From a virus, in the IMG/VR virus record IMGVR_UViG_3300045988_119718, positions 1 to 64,000 of that record: a DNA stretch of 64,000 nucleotides; one strand, written 5' to 3'. Positions within the stretch are counted from its first letter, which is position 1. Each line of letters begins with the position of its first letter. The notes beneath the pieces are model-generated. The model was given only the letters and a program-made list of their open reading frames with translations, had not been told where the DNA came from and did no database searches. Shown piece after piece: positions 9,689 through 19,122 of this stretch. A program made the position numbers and the translations under genes.

Positions 9689-12061
9689 TTACATTTCTTG
9701 ATTATCATTAGCACTAGCAGATTGGGTTAAAGCTAACTTAGCATCATCTAAGCACTTATCAATGAAACCTTCAGGAAATAATGATTCTACCATCTTTAAT
9801 CTTACCTGTCTAGCAAATTCATTCATTAAATCAGCATCATTATTTTCATTAACTACTGAAGCTGCTATACCCTGAGAGAGATCAGTTACGGATGACAGTA
9901 TCTGTGCAGTATTGGTAGCGTTTAAGTAAATAGGAGGTGGTAATACTACTACAATTTCATCAGACCTATTGTTATCCATATTGTATTCATAATTATAAAT
10001 CTTAGTTAATATCTTACTAAAGATCTTTTGGGTTTTACCTTGTCTATTATAGATCTTCTGTAGGAACTTAGTATTAGTCATGGTTAAGTGAGTAGCATAG
10101 TCTACCTGTTGTCTGGACTGAATAACTTCAAATGGTACATCAGTAGCATTTACTGCCATTTCTTCCAGCATATTCATTAAGTCATTCTTAATTTCTACCT
10201 GTTGCCCAGGTATTACTTCAAAGTCAATAGGAGAATCACCACTAGCAGATCTAGGGATAACTAAGTCATTAAATCTACCAAGCATATTAAGTACGTTAGA
10301 CATAGATTCAATCTGTCGTAATCCATAATTAGATTTTTGAATCTGGTTGATTACATTCATTAATACACCAGAAATATTAGTATCAACCGTTTGTCTTACA
10401 TAATATACTCTCTTATCAAAACCTCTAGTAAGGAATTGAATTACATTAGAGATATATAATGCAGAGAATAATTTAGCTGGGAATAATGATCTCATTAACC
10501 CAGATACACCACGTTTAGTCACAGGGTCTAAATCAAAGTATGAATGAACTATATCTTCTGGTGGAATAAATGTAACTGTAATCTTACTAATCTTACCACT
10601 AGCGTCTACAGTAGAATTATATTTAAGAATAGAATAGATTTCTTTAGTTAAGCCTTGATTAGCATTAACGAACTTAGCATCTATTTGCATGGAAATATTT
10701 CTAGCTATAGATTTAATAGCACCAAACTCATTGGAAGCATTACTATAATAATCGAATGTACTTCTAAATACTCCTCCTGGTCTAATACCACCAGTAGTAG
10801 ATGAGAAAGTATTTTTTTCAAAAGTCATTTTTTTATCACATTCTATATAGAAATATCCTAAGCAGATATCGTCAATATATAATGGTTTAACCATTTCATG
10901 GTCTAATGCTTTTACTACACATCCTGGTATTTTAAGCTTGCCAGTTACATTATCGGTACCATTCATTTGATTTAAATCATTAACCAATGTAACACCATTG
11001 GCAGCCATAGAATTAGCATCTTTTGCAGAATTGGCAAACGTATTAGTACTAGAACTCATTGAGTTAGAAATGCCTGTATCAGTTTTTTCATTAAAAAATA
11101 AAGATCCATTCTCTCTATAAGCTTTATACACATTAAATCTATCTCTTAATGCTGATTCAATAATTCTGGATTTATTAATCTCAATTCTTAATCCATCGCA
11201 GGAATCTGAAACCATATTATTAATAGATTTCATTTCATCGGTAGAATAATCTTTATCTTTAGAATATTCACTTACAGATTCTTGAATAATGGAGTTAAGA
11301 TTATCTAATTCTTCTGTATTAGCTTGAATTACATCGTGTACTGTAGATTCAATAAAACTGTCTACAGCTTCACTAGTCATTTGAGGAATATTATCCATAT
11401 TAGATATAGCCGTATTTCCTCTAGTTTTAAGTAATTGCTCTATAGCTTTTCTATATGGTACAATATAGATAAATGCTTCACCATACTTATCAGTAGGTCT
11501 ATATACTTTGTTCTCTAAGAAATCATCAATATTATATTTTTCTTTAAGAGTATTGATATTAGTAGCTATATGAGCGTCTGTTTCTTTATTAAACTCTTTA
11601 GCAGCTTTAATTACAATAGAATCTTTTGTAAAATGATCGGCTGATAATACATGTTCTCTTCTAGTGTCTAATGCATCATCAAGTTTAGGCATATATTTAC
11701 ATACCATATCAATTTCTCTGTCAATATCTCTTACTAATGTATTTTGAGTATAGATAGAGATAATATTATTCATAGTATTTCTATCAGATAAAGTATCATT
11801 AAGTTTAGATACTAAATCAGATGTTTTACCAGGTTTATTATTATTAATAATGGTTTTTTGATAAAGCATAGACATATTAGAATTACCAGTATTAGTCATA
11901 TTATTATTACTAATCTTCTGGATTATACCCTGAATATTATCTCTATTCTGCTTTAGTATATGATTTGTATCTCTAGGGTTAAGATATATATCGGCATATT
12001 GAGTATCAATAAGCTCGTTTATCTTATCCTTTAATTTAGAAAAATCTGAATTATTTGGCAT
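9689..12061 (-). CDS. hypothetical large protein (790 aa), possibly a virion or morphogenesis protein
   Basis: ORF track; no NTP-binding or polymerase motifs seen. Confidence 0.45.
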   Translation of the reverse strand: MPNNSDFSKLKDKINELIDTQYADIYLNPRDTNHILKQNRDNIQGIIQKISNNNMTNTGNSNMSMLYQKTIINNNKPGKTSDLVSKLNDTLSDRNTMNNIISIYTQNTLVRDIDREIDMVCKYMPKLDDALDTRREHVLSADHFTKDSIVIKAAKEFNKETDAHIATNINTLKEKYNIDDFLENKVYRPTDKYGEAFIYIVPYRKAIEQLLKTRGNTAISNMDNIPQMTSEAVDSFIESTVHDVIQANTEELDNLNSIIQESVSEYSKDKDYSTDEMKSINNMVSDSCDGLRIEINKSRIIESALRDRFNVYKAYRENGSLFFNEKTDTGISNSMSSSTNTFANSAKDANSMAANGVTLVNDLNQMNGTDNVTGKLKIPGCVVKALDHEMVKPLYIDDICLGYFYIECDKKMTFEKNTFSSTTGGIRPGGVFRSTFDYYSNASNEFGAIKSIARNISMQIDAKFVNANQGLTKEIYSILKYNSTVDASGKISKITVTFIPPEDIVHSYFDLDPVTKRGVSGLMRSLFPAKLFSALYISNVIQFLTRGFDKRVYYVRQTVDTNISGVLMNVINQIQKSNYGLRQIESMSNVLNMLGRFNDLVIPRSASGDSPIDFEVIPGQQVEIKNDLMNMLEEMAVNATDVPFEVIQSRQQVDYATHLTMTNTKFLQKIYNRQGKTQKIFSKILTKIYNYEYNMDNNRSDEIVVVLPPPIYLNATNTAQILSSVTDLSQGIAASVVNENNDADLMNEFARQVRLKMVESLFPEGFIDKCLDDAKLALTQSASANDNQEM

Positions 12062-12128
12062 TTATTATTCTCCTTTACAAAAAATAATTATTACCTTGAT
12101 GTCAAGGTAATAATTATGTAAGGTTTTA

Positions 12129-12836
12129 TTATAAAATATGAGTACGATATATAACTTTTATTTCTCCTATTTTCTTACGCTTAATAATAAACTCTAATAG
12201 TGCTGTATCATTAGTGCCAGAGAATAACTTGTAAACATTAAGATCTATAATATCAGACTTAACTGATTTTATAAATGTAGGAGGAATAAAATAAATAAAC
12301 CCATTATAGCCAAACTTCTTTATACCATCATCAGCTTTAGCAGATAATGCTCTATTAAATTCTTCTATTGTATTTTTAATATCTTCGTAGTGATACAATA
12401 ATTGGCTATTAGGAATTTCTTTATTGATTATCTTTTCATATCTTTTTTCGTATTTAAAATAATCAAAGCATAGTTTTAATTCTTTATCACACTTCATAGT
12501 CAATGCTATATCATTCTTACCCATAAAATTAGTAGTCTCTACTATAATATTATGCTTAGAAGATTCATTAGCGTTTAGTATAGCATTTAAATCTTTAGCA
12601 TAACATGCTATATTTGGGAAAGCTAAAGATAAATGCTTTACTTCATATTTACTATCAGGAATTAATACTTTTAATACATTGGCATCTTGATACTCTTGTG
12701 ATAACCCAAAGAATACACTTTTAGCTTTAGAATGAACTATGATATTAGATTTAAGCAATTTAGCTCTATCTAATAAAATTTCTAAATCACTTCTATTAGC
12801 TATTCGATTTATAACAGATGGTTGTTCTATTAGCAT
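12129..12836 (-). CDS. hypothetical protein (235 aa) directly downstream of the DNA polymerase; a sliding-clamp-sized accessory protein is speculative
   Basis: 4-nt overlap with the polymerase ORF; size similar to phage clamps; no motif evidence. Confidence 0.35.
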   Translation of the reverse strand: MLIEQPSVINRIANRSDLEILLDRAKLLKSNIIVHSKAKSVFFGLSQEYQDANVLKVLIPDSKYEVKHLSLAFPNIACYAKDLNAILNANESSKHNIIVETTNFMGKNDIALTMKCDKELKLCFDYFKYEKRYEKIINKEIPNSQLLYHYEDIKNTIEEFNRALSAKADDGIKKFGYNGFIYFIPPTFIKSVKSDIIDLNVYKLFSGTNDTALLEFIIKRKKIGEIKVIYRTHIL

Positions 12837-12838
12837 TT

Positions 12839-14836
12839 TTAGCCCCTATTAAAATGATTATTAATTTCAACTCTATTAGATTCTGGAATACTATACTTAA
12901 TATCTCTTCTGCTAAATAGCTTTTCATCGTAGTCTTTACACGAAGCTATTACCTTTCTACGAGAAGGATGTTTATTATAAACTTGCTTTGGTATTAAATC
13001 ATCATTAACTAATCTATAGAACGGAGACTCCTCTGTATTGAAGTACTCGATAATATCAGCATATGCTTCTTTAAAGCTAGCCAAATTAAACCATCTATGA
13101 GCAAACTCAATATCACATTCAGAAGTCATATCTTCTACGAATTGTCCAGACCTAGTATACTTTTCATTATGTGTAGCATTCTCAGCTTCATAGATTTTAT
13201 CAGGAATCTTAATATAACCAATTTCTGTATTTGGTGCCATATTATATTCCTGTGTAATACTTGGATACAGTCTTGTAAAGTCAAAGTCAATAGCATTGGA
13301 TGCTCTCATAATAGGAATACCATTAACTTTATCTTTATACTTATCCCCGAATTTACATGGGTCAGCTACATATGCACCTTCATACTTTACTGTAGGTTTA
13401 GGTTTAAACTTATTAAGATTATTTCCTAACACATAATCACCAAAGTTTTTAAACATAATGGTTGCTCGGTTGGATAGATAAATAGTCTGTCTATGAACTT
13501 TTTTATATTCAGTACAGTTAAGCAATGCTTTATCGAATACATATAGAATATCATCGGCTTTAAACTCAATACAATACTGAACCAGTACATCCATCATATT
13601 GTATTTTACAAAAGTTCGATAATCATTATATGGTAAATCCATTACATTAGCTGCAATATTTTCATAATGTAATTTCTGTACTCCAGCCATTTCATTACCA
13701 ATATAATCAAGAGAATAAGATCTATACTGAGCACCACCTCTGCGTCTAGATGCAAACTGAATTAATTGATCTAGATATACAGTATAAGAAGTGATATCAG
13801 CATAATCACCTTTAGTAGCGAAGTCTTCATGATCAGAATCTACTATATAACTACAATTTTCATATAATGGGTTAATATCATGAATACACATAATCTCTTT
13901 AGGATTACCGCCTAATGCTATAATTCTATTAATGATAAATGGAATATCAAAGCTCATATTCCAAACCATAAGAAAATCTGGTTTAGTATAATTGATATAT
14001 CCAAATAAATCTTTAAGAAGAGTTAATTCATCATTATATACTAATACTTTAGTTTGGATATTCTCCAGTTTAAAGTCTTTTACTTTTTCACTACCTAATG
14101 TTTCATTTAAGAAATCTTTAAATTCTTCATTAAATGCATGATTATCTACTGTAGTACAGAATTCATTAGATTTAGGATTTACATCCTTTTGATTTAATAA
14201 GAAAGTAAATAATCTTTTTGTATCATGCTCAAAATATGAGATTGCATTAATAGGGCAATTACCATTAGTAGGGAAATCAGTAGGTGATAATTTAACATCG
14301 ACTTCGATATCTAGATAAGCTCTAGATACAGGAGTTTCTGTATTCTTATACTGCTCTGCAAATCTCATTCTATAGAAATCATTAATAGGAATATCAGAAC
14401 CAAATACTCTTCGTGACTTTTGGAATTCCATATTGGCTCTATAATTCCCATCTCTAATATTTTTCTTAAATAAATCTGTGTACTTAGTAGTACCTTCATA
14501 CTGATCTAGTTTTTCTGCTATAGCTTTATTTACATCTCTATATTTACATTTGATTTCATCTAAGTTTTTCATATCTGTGAAAAACATGTCATAGTTTGGT
14601 GTAGGGATATTATTTTTTAGCATATAGAATACGTAATTAGGTTTCTCTATAACTTCAATTCCTTTTTTACCTGTAGTATTATCTTTATACACAATAGTCA
14701 TTGTATCTGGTGTATAAACTGTTTTAACTCCATTATAACTTTCTACTTGCTGTTTATTTGGAAAATGATAAGTTGCATCCAAAATGACTAAATCAGAACC
14801 TAACGGATAACTTGGAATAAGTTGATCAAAATTCAT
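12839..14836 (-). CDS. family B DNA polymerase, T4/RB69-like, containing the 3'-5' exonuclease domain and palm motif A only (N-terminal part of a split polymerase)
   Basis: Exo I YLDIEVD; FDIPFIINRI; motif A DFDFTRLYPSITQEYNMAPNTEI (compare RB69 DLTSLYPSIIRQVNISPETI); no KxxxNSxYG or YGDTDS before the stop. Confidence 0.8.
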   Translation of the reverse strand: MNFDQLIPSYPLGSDLVILDATYHFPNKQQVESYNGVKTVYTPDTMTIVYKDNTTGKKGIEVIEKPNYVFYMLKNNIPTPNYDMFFTDMKNLDEIKCKYRDVNKAIAEKLDQYEGTTKYTDLFKKNIRDGNYRANMEFQKSRRVFGSDIPINDFYRMRFAEQYKNTETPVSRAYLDIEVDVKLSPTDFPTNGNCPINAISYFEHDTKRLFTFLLNQKDVNPKSNEFCTTVDNHAFNEEFKDFLNETLGSEKVKDFKLENIQTKVLVYNDELTLLKDLFGYINYTKPDFLMVWNMSFDIPFIINRIIALGGNPKEIMCIHDINPLYENCSYIVDSDHEDFATKGDYADITSYTVYLDQLIQFASRRRGGAQYRSYSLDYIGNEMAGVQKLHYENIAANVMDLPYNDYRTFVKYNMMDVLVQYCIEFKADDILYVFDKALLNCTEYKKVHRQTIYLSNRATIMFKNFGDYVLGNNLNKFKPKPTVKYEGAYVADPCKFGDKYKDKVNGIPIMRASNAIDFDFTRLYPSITQEYNMAPNTEIGYIKIPDKIYEAENATHNEKYTRSGQFVEDMTSECDIEFAHRWFNLASFKEAYADIIEYFNTEESPFYRLVNDDLIPKQVYNKHPSRRKVIASCKDYDEKLFSRRDIKYSIPESNRVEINNHFNRG

Positions 14837-14939
14837 ATTATCTCCTCCTTTTTATTATATAACTGTAAATTTGGATATTGAATGCTATGCCTTTAACAAA
14901 CGATTAATTTATACGGCTTTAGAAAGGACTGATAGAAAA

Positions 14940-15890
14940 ATGGATAACAAACAGTTTACCTGTGATTTTAGTAAATTATCTTCTGTTACTATTGATGCTG
15001 CTACAAATAAAGTGGTAGATGACCCTACGTCTATAGTTAATATGGAAGATGCTAATAGTAAGCCTAAACGTGGTAGACCTAAGAAAGAGCAAAAAGAATC
15101 TGCTCCTTCTAATAGAAGAGTTCCTACACCATTGAACTCTGATATGTCTTATATAGAAACATATTCACAACCTATTGGATTACTTAGAGAATCTATAGGT
15201 CAATTAACTACTATGGAGCAACGAGTATTAGAAGATATTAATACTATTAGAGCTTCTAAAACTCTTAAAAGTAAATATGTATACTTAGCTAATCTTACCG
15301 GTGCATATACAGGATTAGTATCAACTAAGATTTCAGCTGCTAGAGAATTAAAGTCTATTTACTCTGATGCTAATAACTTTGAACTTAAGAAACAGCAGCA
15401 GCTTAAGATAGATGAAAGAGACTCTGATGATAAGATTATTTCTGATATGTATACTAAGATGCTTAATACCCCAGTAGGAACAGTTGGTAATGGTACGATT
15501 AATATGTCTATACCTTCTTCTTATATAAATAGCAATATAGGAACACCTATTATTACCGCTGCTAATGGTCAGAATTATGCTGATAATAGTTCTGAAGATA
15601 CTGGGTTTAAAAACTATATGAATAATCTTACTCCAGAACAAAACTCTATGATGCAAGAATCTAATCCATATATAGAAACGGTACTAGTATACAATCAATC
15701 AGACCAGAATAAATGGTTTGAAGTGATAGATACTAGAACTGGTCAGCCTGTACCTAATATGCCTATACCTAATGATTTCGTTAAAGATGGTTGTAATGTA
15801 GATATTAGACATGGTATTGCTAGAAATGCTTCTCTTAACCAAACCTATAAACTTAAATTGGTTGGTGTTAGAGGAGACGACGAATTTTAA
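14940..15890 (+). CDS. AT-hook-containing hypothetical protein
   Basis: KPKRGRPKK AT-hook motif; the track start at 14871 is a TTG with no RBS, and the ATG at 14940 has AAAGGA upstream. Confidence 0.45.
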   Translation: MDNKQFTCDFSKLSSVTIDAATNKVVDDPTSIVNMEDANSKPKRGRPKKEQKESAPSNRRVPTPLNSDMSYIETYSQPIGLLRESIGQLTTMEQRVLEDINTIRASKTLKSKYVYLANLTGAYTGLVSTKISAARELKSIYSDANNFELKKQQQLKIDERDSDDKIISDMYTKMLNTPVGTVGNGTINMSIPSSYINSNIGTPIITAANGQNYADNSSEDTGFKNYMNNLTPEQNSMMQESNPYIETVLVYNQSDQNKWFEVIDTRTGQPVPNMPIPNDFVKDGCNVDIRHGIARNASLNQTYKLKLVGVRGDDEF

Positions 15891-15898
15891 ATAAAAAA

Positions 15899-15927
15899 TA
15901 TAAGCGTGCTACTATTAGCACGCTTAT
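15899..15927. terminator. bidirectional intrinsic terminator
   Basis: hairpin ATAAGCGTGCTACTATTAGCACGCTTAT with A-run upstream and T-rich sequence downstream. Confidence 0.65.
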
Positions 15928-15933
15928 ATACTT

Positions 15934-16056
15934 TTAACTAAACAGTATCTTTATTAATACAAAGAGTGCTGCTACTCCTACTAAAGTCCAAATATTAGGA
16001 ATAACTACAAAGAAAAATAATAATAAGAAAAATATTAATAAGCATCCATCTTCCAT
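15934..16056 (-). CDS. small hydrophobic peptide (40 aa, MEDGCLLIFFLLLFFFVVIPNIWTLVGVAALFVLIKILFS), a putative membrane peptide. It is absent from the ORF track because it is below the 60-aa cutoff.
   Basis: GAGAGG SD 7 nt upstream; almost entirely hydrophobic; lies in a 370-bp apparent gap. Confidence 0.4.
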   Translation of the reverse strand: MEDGCLLIFFLLLFFFVVIPNIWTLVGVAALFVLIKILFS

Positions 16057-16067
16057 TTAATACCTCT

Positions 16068-16247
16068 CTAATTTCCAATAGCGTATAATACCAATTCAAT
16101 AAACATTAATGATATTAAAACTGGTATCAGAATAAGAAATTTTAAAATAACTGATATACTACAATCTATCTTAGTAACTATCATGGTTCTAGCAAGTAAA
16201 ATTAGCTCTATAAATATAGCAGCTATAACAATACCAATTAGTATCAT
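16068..16247 (-). CDS. small two-TM hydrophobic protein (59 aa, MILIGIVIAAIFIELILLARTMIVTKIDCSISVILKFLILIPVLISLMFIELVLYAIGN)
   Basis: AGGAG SD overlapping the stop of the upstream gene, an arrangement that suggests coupled translation; two hydrophobic helices. Confidence 0.45.
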   Translation of the reverse strand: MILIGIVIAAIFIELILLARTMIVTKIDCSISVILKFLILIPVLISLMFIELVLYAIGN

Positions 16248-16258
16248 ATTTTTATCTC

Positions 16259-16735
16259 CTATTCTTTTTTCTTTTTAGTTACTTTTACTGCAAAACCACC
16301 AGTATCATCTAAGGACAGCATGTAATCTCCATTTGTATCCTCACTGAAATATCTCTTATGATAAATAACAGTTTTAAAAATATCACTGATAATTCCTGCA
16401 ATAGAACCAGCAATATCGTCAGCACTACGTTTCATAGTGGAACTATGCTGGAGAGAGATCAAAGTATTACCTTTATACATGATTTCAATATTATAATCAA
16501 TATCATCCGGCTTGCTATAATACTTGTAATTGGTTTCACAATAACTAGCGGTATAGTTCAATAACTTCTTATAAACTTCAATAGTTCTTTCGTCGTACAT
16601 ATTATTTTCTCCTTTATACTCTTTTAACTGCTGTAATAACTTCTTATAATCTTCAACAATATCGTCAGCATTTTTTCCGCCATACTTTAACTGCTGCCAT
16701 AACATCTTATAATAACCTTTATCATCATAATACAT
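16259..16735 (-). CDS. hypothetical protein with internal YKKLLQQLKEY-type repeats
   Basis: AAAGGAGAAATTATT-ATG at the internal Met; internal nucleotide repeat ttaactgctg..aacatcttataata at 16610-16740. Confidence 0.45.
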   Translation of the reverse strand: MYYDDKGYYKMLWQQLKYGGKNADDIVEDYKKLLQQLKEYKGENNMYDERTIEVYKKLLNYTASYCETNYKYYSKPDDIDYNIEIMYKGNTLISLQHSSTMKRSADDIAGSIAGIISDIFKTVIYHKRYFSEDTNGDYMLSLDDTGGFAVKVTKKKKE

Positions 16736-16748
16736 AATAATTTCTCCT

Positions 16749-17603
16749 TTATACATTTTTATCAGATAAATAATCACTCAAAAACTCAGTAGCGGTATCT
16801 TTTCTTCCAGAATATAAAGGTGCATCGAATTTACCTGCTAATAAATCTCGTATTAGTAAATATGAATCAGAACCTACTTTATATTCCCAAGAATGGCATA
16901 ACATTTCATCTAATTTTTTATAATAATTATAAATATAATAATTATCATTAGTGCATAGGCCAATTTCATCTTTATAATACCCATCTTTATAAATCGCTAT
17001 ATTTATTTTTCCGAAAGATTTGTCTAAATAAACTTTTGAGTTGTTTGATAATACTTCCGCCCAATATCTATTTGTATTAATACACCATAAATACCTATTA
17101 TTTTCTGTACAATGTCGTTGTTTAAAATAAGAGCCAGCAAAAACATTGCTTTGGTTGGGTATGAGAATTTTATTATTAAAAGGAATAGTATCACAACCAT
17201 GTAACGAAACGCATAAATTGATACTTATCAAAATATTTTTATAAAGTAATATTTCTGTATGAAGAGTGCTTCTAGCGTAATAATTAGTACTTTTTTCATC
17301 AGATTTATCGTTTTCATACCTTTCTGTATGTATTAGTTTATTATTATAAAATTTATTATATAAAAATATTTTTCTCATCATTTTATCAAATAGTATCGTA
17401 TTATGCATATAAGTATCATTAGTTGGTTTATATGGAATTATTTTTGTATAAATTAGGCTTTTATCATACCTAATAGCATAATTATAAGCATCTTCATAAT
17501 TAGTAAATCTGCATGGATTAATATTTAAAAGTTCTTTTTTAGTAAAATATACATAAAATAGTACATCTGGTATTGGTTTTTTCATAGTTTCATTATCACA
17601 CAT
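16749..17603 (-). CDS. hypothetical protein (284 aa)
   Basis: ORF track. Confidence 0.45.
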   Translation of the reverse strand: MCDNETMKKPIPDVLFYVYFTKKELLNINPCRFTNYEDAYNYAIRYDKSLIYTKIIPYKPTNDTYMHNTILFDKMMRKIFLYNKFYNNKLIHTERYENDKSDEKSTNYYARSTLHTEILLYKNILISINLCVSLHGCDTIPFNNKILIPNQSNVFAGSYFKQRHCTENNRYLWCINTNRYWAEVLSNNSKVYLDKSFGKINIAIYKDGYYKDEIGLCTNDNYYIYNYYKKLDEMLCHSWEYKVGSDSYLLIRDLLAGKFDAPLYSGRKDTATEFLSDYLSDKNV

Positions 17604-17672
17604 ATTAACTTCTCCTTTACTGAATAAATATAGAGAGCTAGATAACTAGCTCTCATTAAATATATGTCAAAA

Positions 17673-18317
17673 TTATAATATATTTTTAAATTTTGCTTTT
17701 CTTATTGAAATTCTATTTGCTATCATAGCTCTATGATTTTCATATAAACCTAAATCTACTTTCCAACCCATGTACCAATTAAATTCAAGTTTATTGTTAA
17801 AGAATACTAAATCATTTTTAATTTTGAATGGAGCTAATAATACATTAGTATCTTTCTTAACCCATTTTTCTAAGCTCCTATGTTCACCCTTAACTTGTTG
17901 GTACTTACCATATACTTTTTTCATATCTTTAGCATTTATATTTATACCAAATAAATAATAAGCAAATCCATAACCACAATTTCTAGTAAGCCATAATACT
18001 CTACATATATATCTAAGTATACGTTCTTTAATAGTAAAATTAGGATTTATTAATTCTACACATCTTTTTTCATGATTACCATAAACTGGTTTTCTGTATG
18101 GCTTATAATGTTTATAGAAATCATATCTACACCATTTAGGGCAATCTTCAGTTAAGTATCCTTCATCATCTATACTACCATCCCATGTTTGCCATAGTTT
18201 AAATATCTTAGGTAATTCACCTACTTCATTAGCAAATAATACTACAAATGGATTGGTAATATAGCATAATACCATACAGATTAGATTTAATGGTAAAAAA
18301 ATAAAATATTTTAGCAT
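17673..18317 (-). CDS. membrane protein with an N-terminal TM helix
   Basis: MLKYFIFLPLNLICMVLCYITNPFVVLF hydrophobic N-terminus; SD GGAGGAAAAAGAA-ATG. Confidence 0.5.
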   Translation of the reverse strand: MLKYFIFLPLNLICMVLCYITNPFVVLFANEVGELPKIFKLWQTWDGSIDDEGYLTEDCPKWCRYDFYKHYKPYRKPVYGNHEKRCVELINPNFTIKERILRYICRVLWLTRNCGYGFAYYLFGININAKDMKKVYGKYQQVKGEHRSLEKWVKKDTNVLLAPFKIKNDLVFFNNKLEFNWYMGWKVDLGLYENHRAMIANRISIRKAKFKNIL

Positions 18318-18359
18318 TTCTTTTTCCTCCTTATAAAAAATATATTTAATAAAATGTTA

Positions 18360-18388
18360 TAGTCTAGTCCTATATAGGACTAGACTAT
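18360..18388. terminator. intrinsic terminator hairpin
   Basis: TAGTCTAGTCCTATATAGGACTAGACTA palindrome between two minus-strand genes. Confidence 0.6.
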
Positions 18389-18400
18389 ACACTTCTATTA

Positions 18401-18724
18401 TTATCTCTTTAATGTAGCTGCAATAACGTTACCGTCATCCCCATACAAGAAGCTGGTTTTTATTCCATAACCAGAGCAATATTTTTTAATCTCATTATCG
18501 TAATCTTTATGATTACCACCGATAATACCACAAACTATTCTTTTAGATTTACCTTCAAATAAATAGTTGATAGAACTATCTAAGTTACTTTTATCTTTAT
18601 AACAGAGTGATGATGTTTCTGTAGGGTGATTATGGTTATTAGTAAAAACTTTATACCCAGCTATAATAGAAACTGCAAGTACGAATGAACCAATCAAACA
18701 AGTATATTTAAGTTTATTAGTCAT
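18401..18724 (-). CDS. small signal-anchored or secreted protein (107 aa)
   Basis: N-terminal hydrophobic segment LIGSFVLAVSIIAGY; conserved Cys residues. Confidence 0.45.
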   Translation of the reverse strand: MTNKLKYTCLIGSFVLAVSIIAGYKVFTNNHNHPTETSSLCYKDKSNLDSSINYLFEGKSKRIVCGIIGGNHKDYDNEIKKYCSGYGIKTSFLYGDDGNVIAATLKR

Positions 18725-18730
18725 CTGTCT

Positions 18731-19108
18731 CTAACCCTTTTGCATCAAAGTAAAAATTACATAGAAGCAATTAAGCAAAATCAAAGAAAATGAAATTATG
18801 AAAACTTTCTCTACCCATTTTATACGAGCAAATAATTCCTCAATATTGTCTTTATTAGTTTTAACTTCAGTGCATAAATCTGTAACTCTATTATCTACTG
18901 TATTAATTCTAGATTCATCCGCATTGACTCTATTAGATAAGTCTGTAACTCTATCATCTACTGTAATAATTTTAGATTTATTTTCATCAACTTTATTAGA
19001 TACATCTGTTAATTGTTTTTTAGTAATAGCAGAAGTTGAAACCACAAGATTGTTATTATCAGTATCATATTTCAAAGTAATATCTTTATTTATCGTTCCT
19101 TGTTCCAT
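18731..19108 (-). CDS. tail-anchored coiled-coil membrane protein with repeated (D/N)(D/N)RVTDL motifs
   Basis: repeats VDDRVTDLSNRV / VDNRVTDLCTEV; C-terminal TM FIISFSLILLNCFYVIFTL. Confidence 0.45.
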   Translation of the reverse strand: MEQGTINKDITLKYDTDNNNLVVSTSAITKKQLTDVSNKVDENKSKIITVDDRVTDLSNRVNADESRINTVDNRVTDLCTEVKTNKDNIEELFARIKWVEKVFIISFSLILLNCFYVIFTLMQKG

Positions 19109-19122
19109 GTTCTTTGTCTCCT

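Noticed and set aside
9689-12061. 790-aa ORF as the missing C-terminal half of DNA polymerase or an RNAP beta-prime fragment
   Set aside because: No KxxxNSxYG, YGDTDS or NADFDGD-like motifs were found by eye; left as hypothetical.
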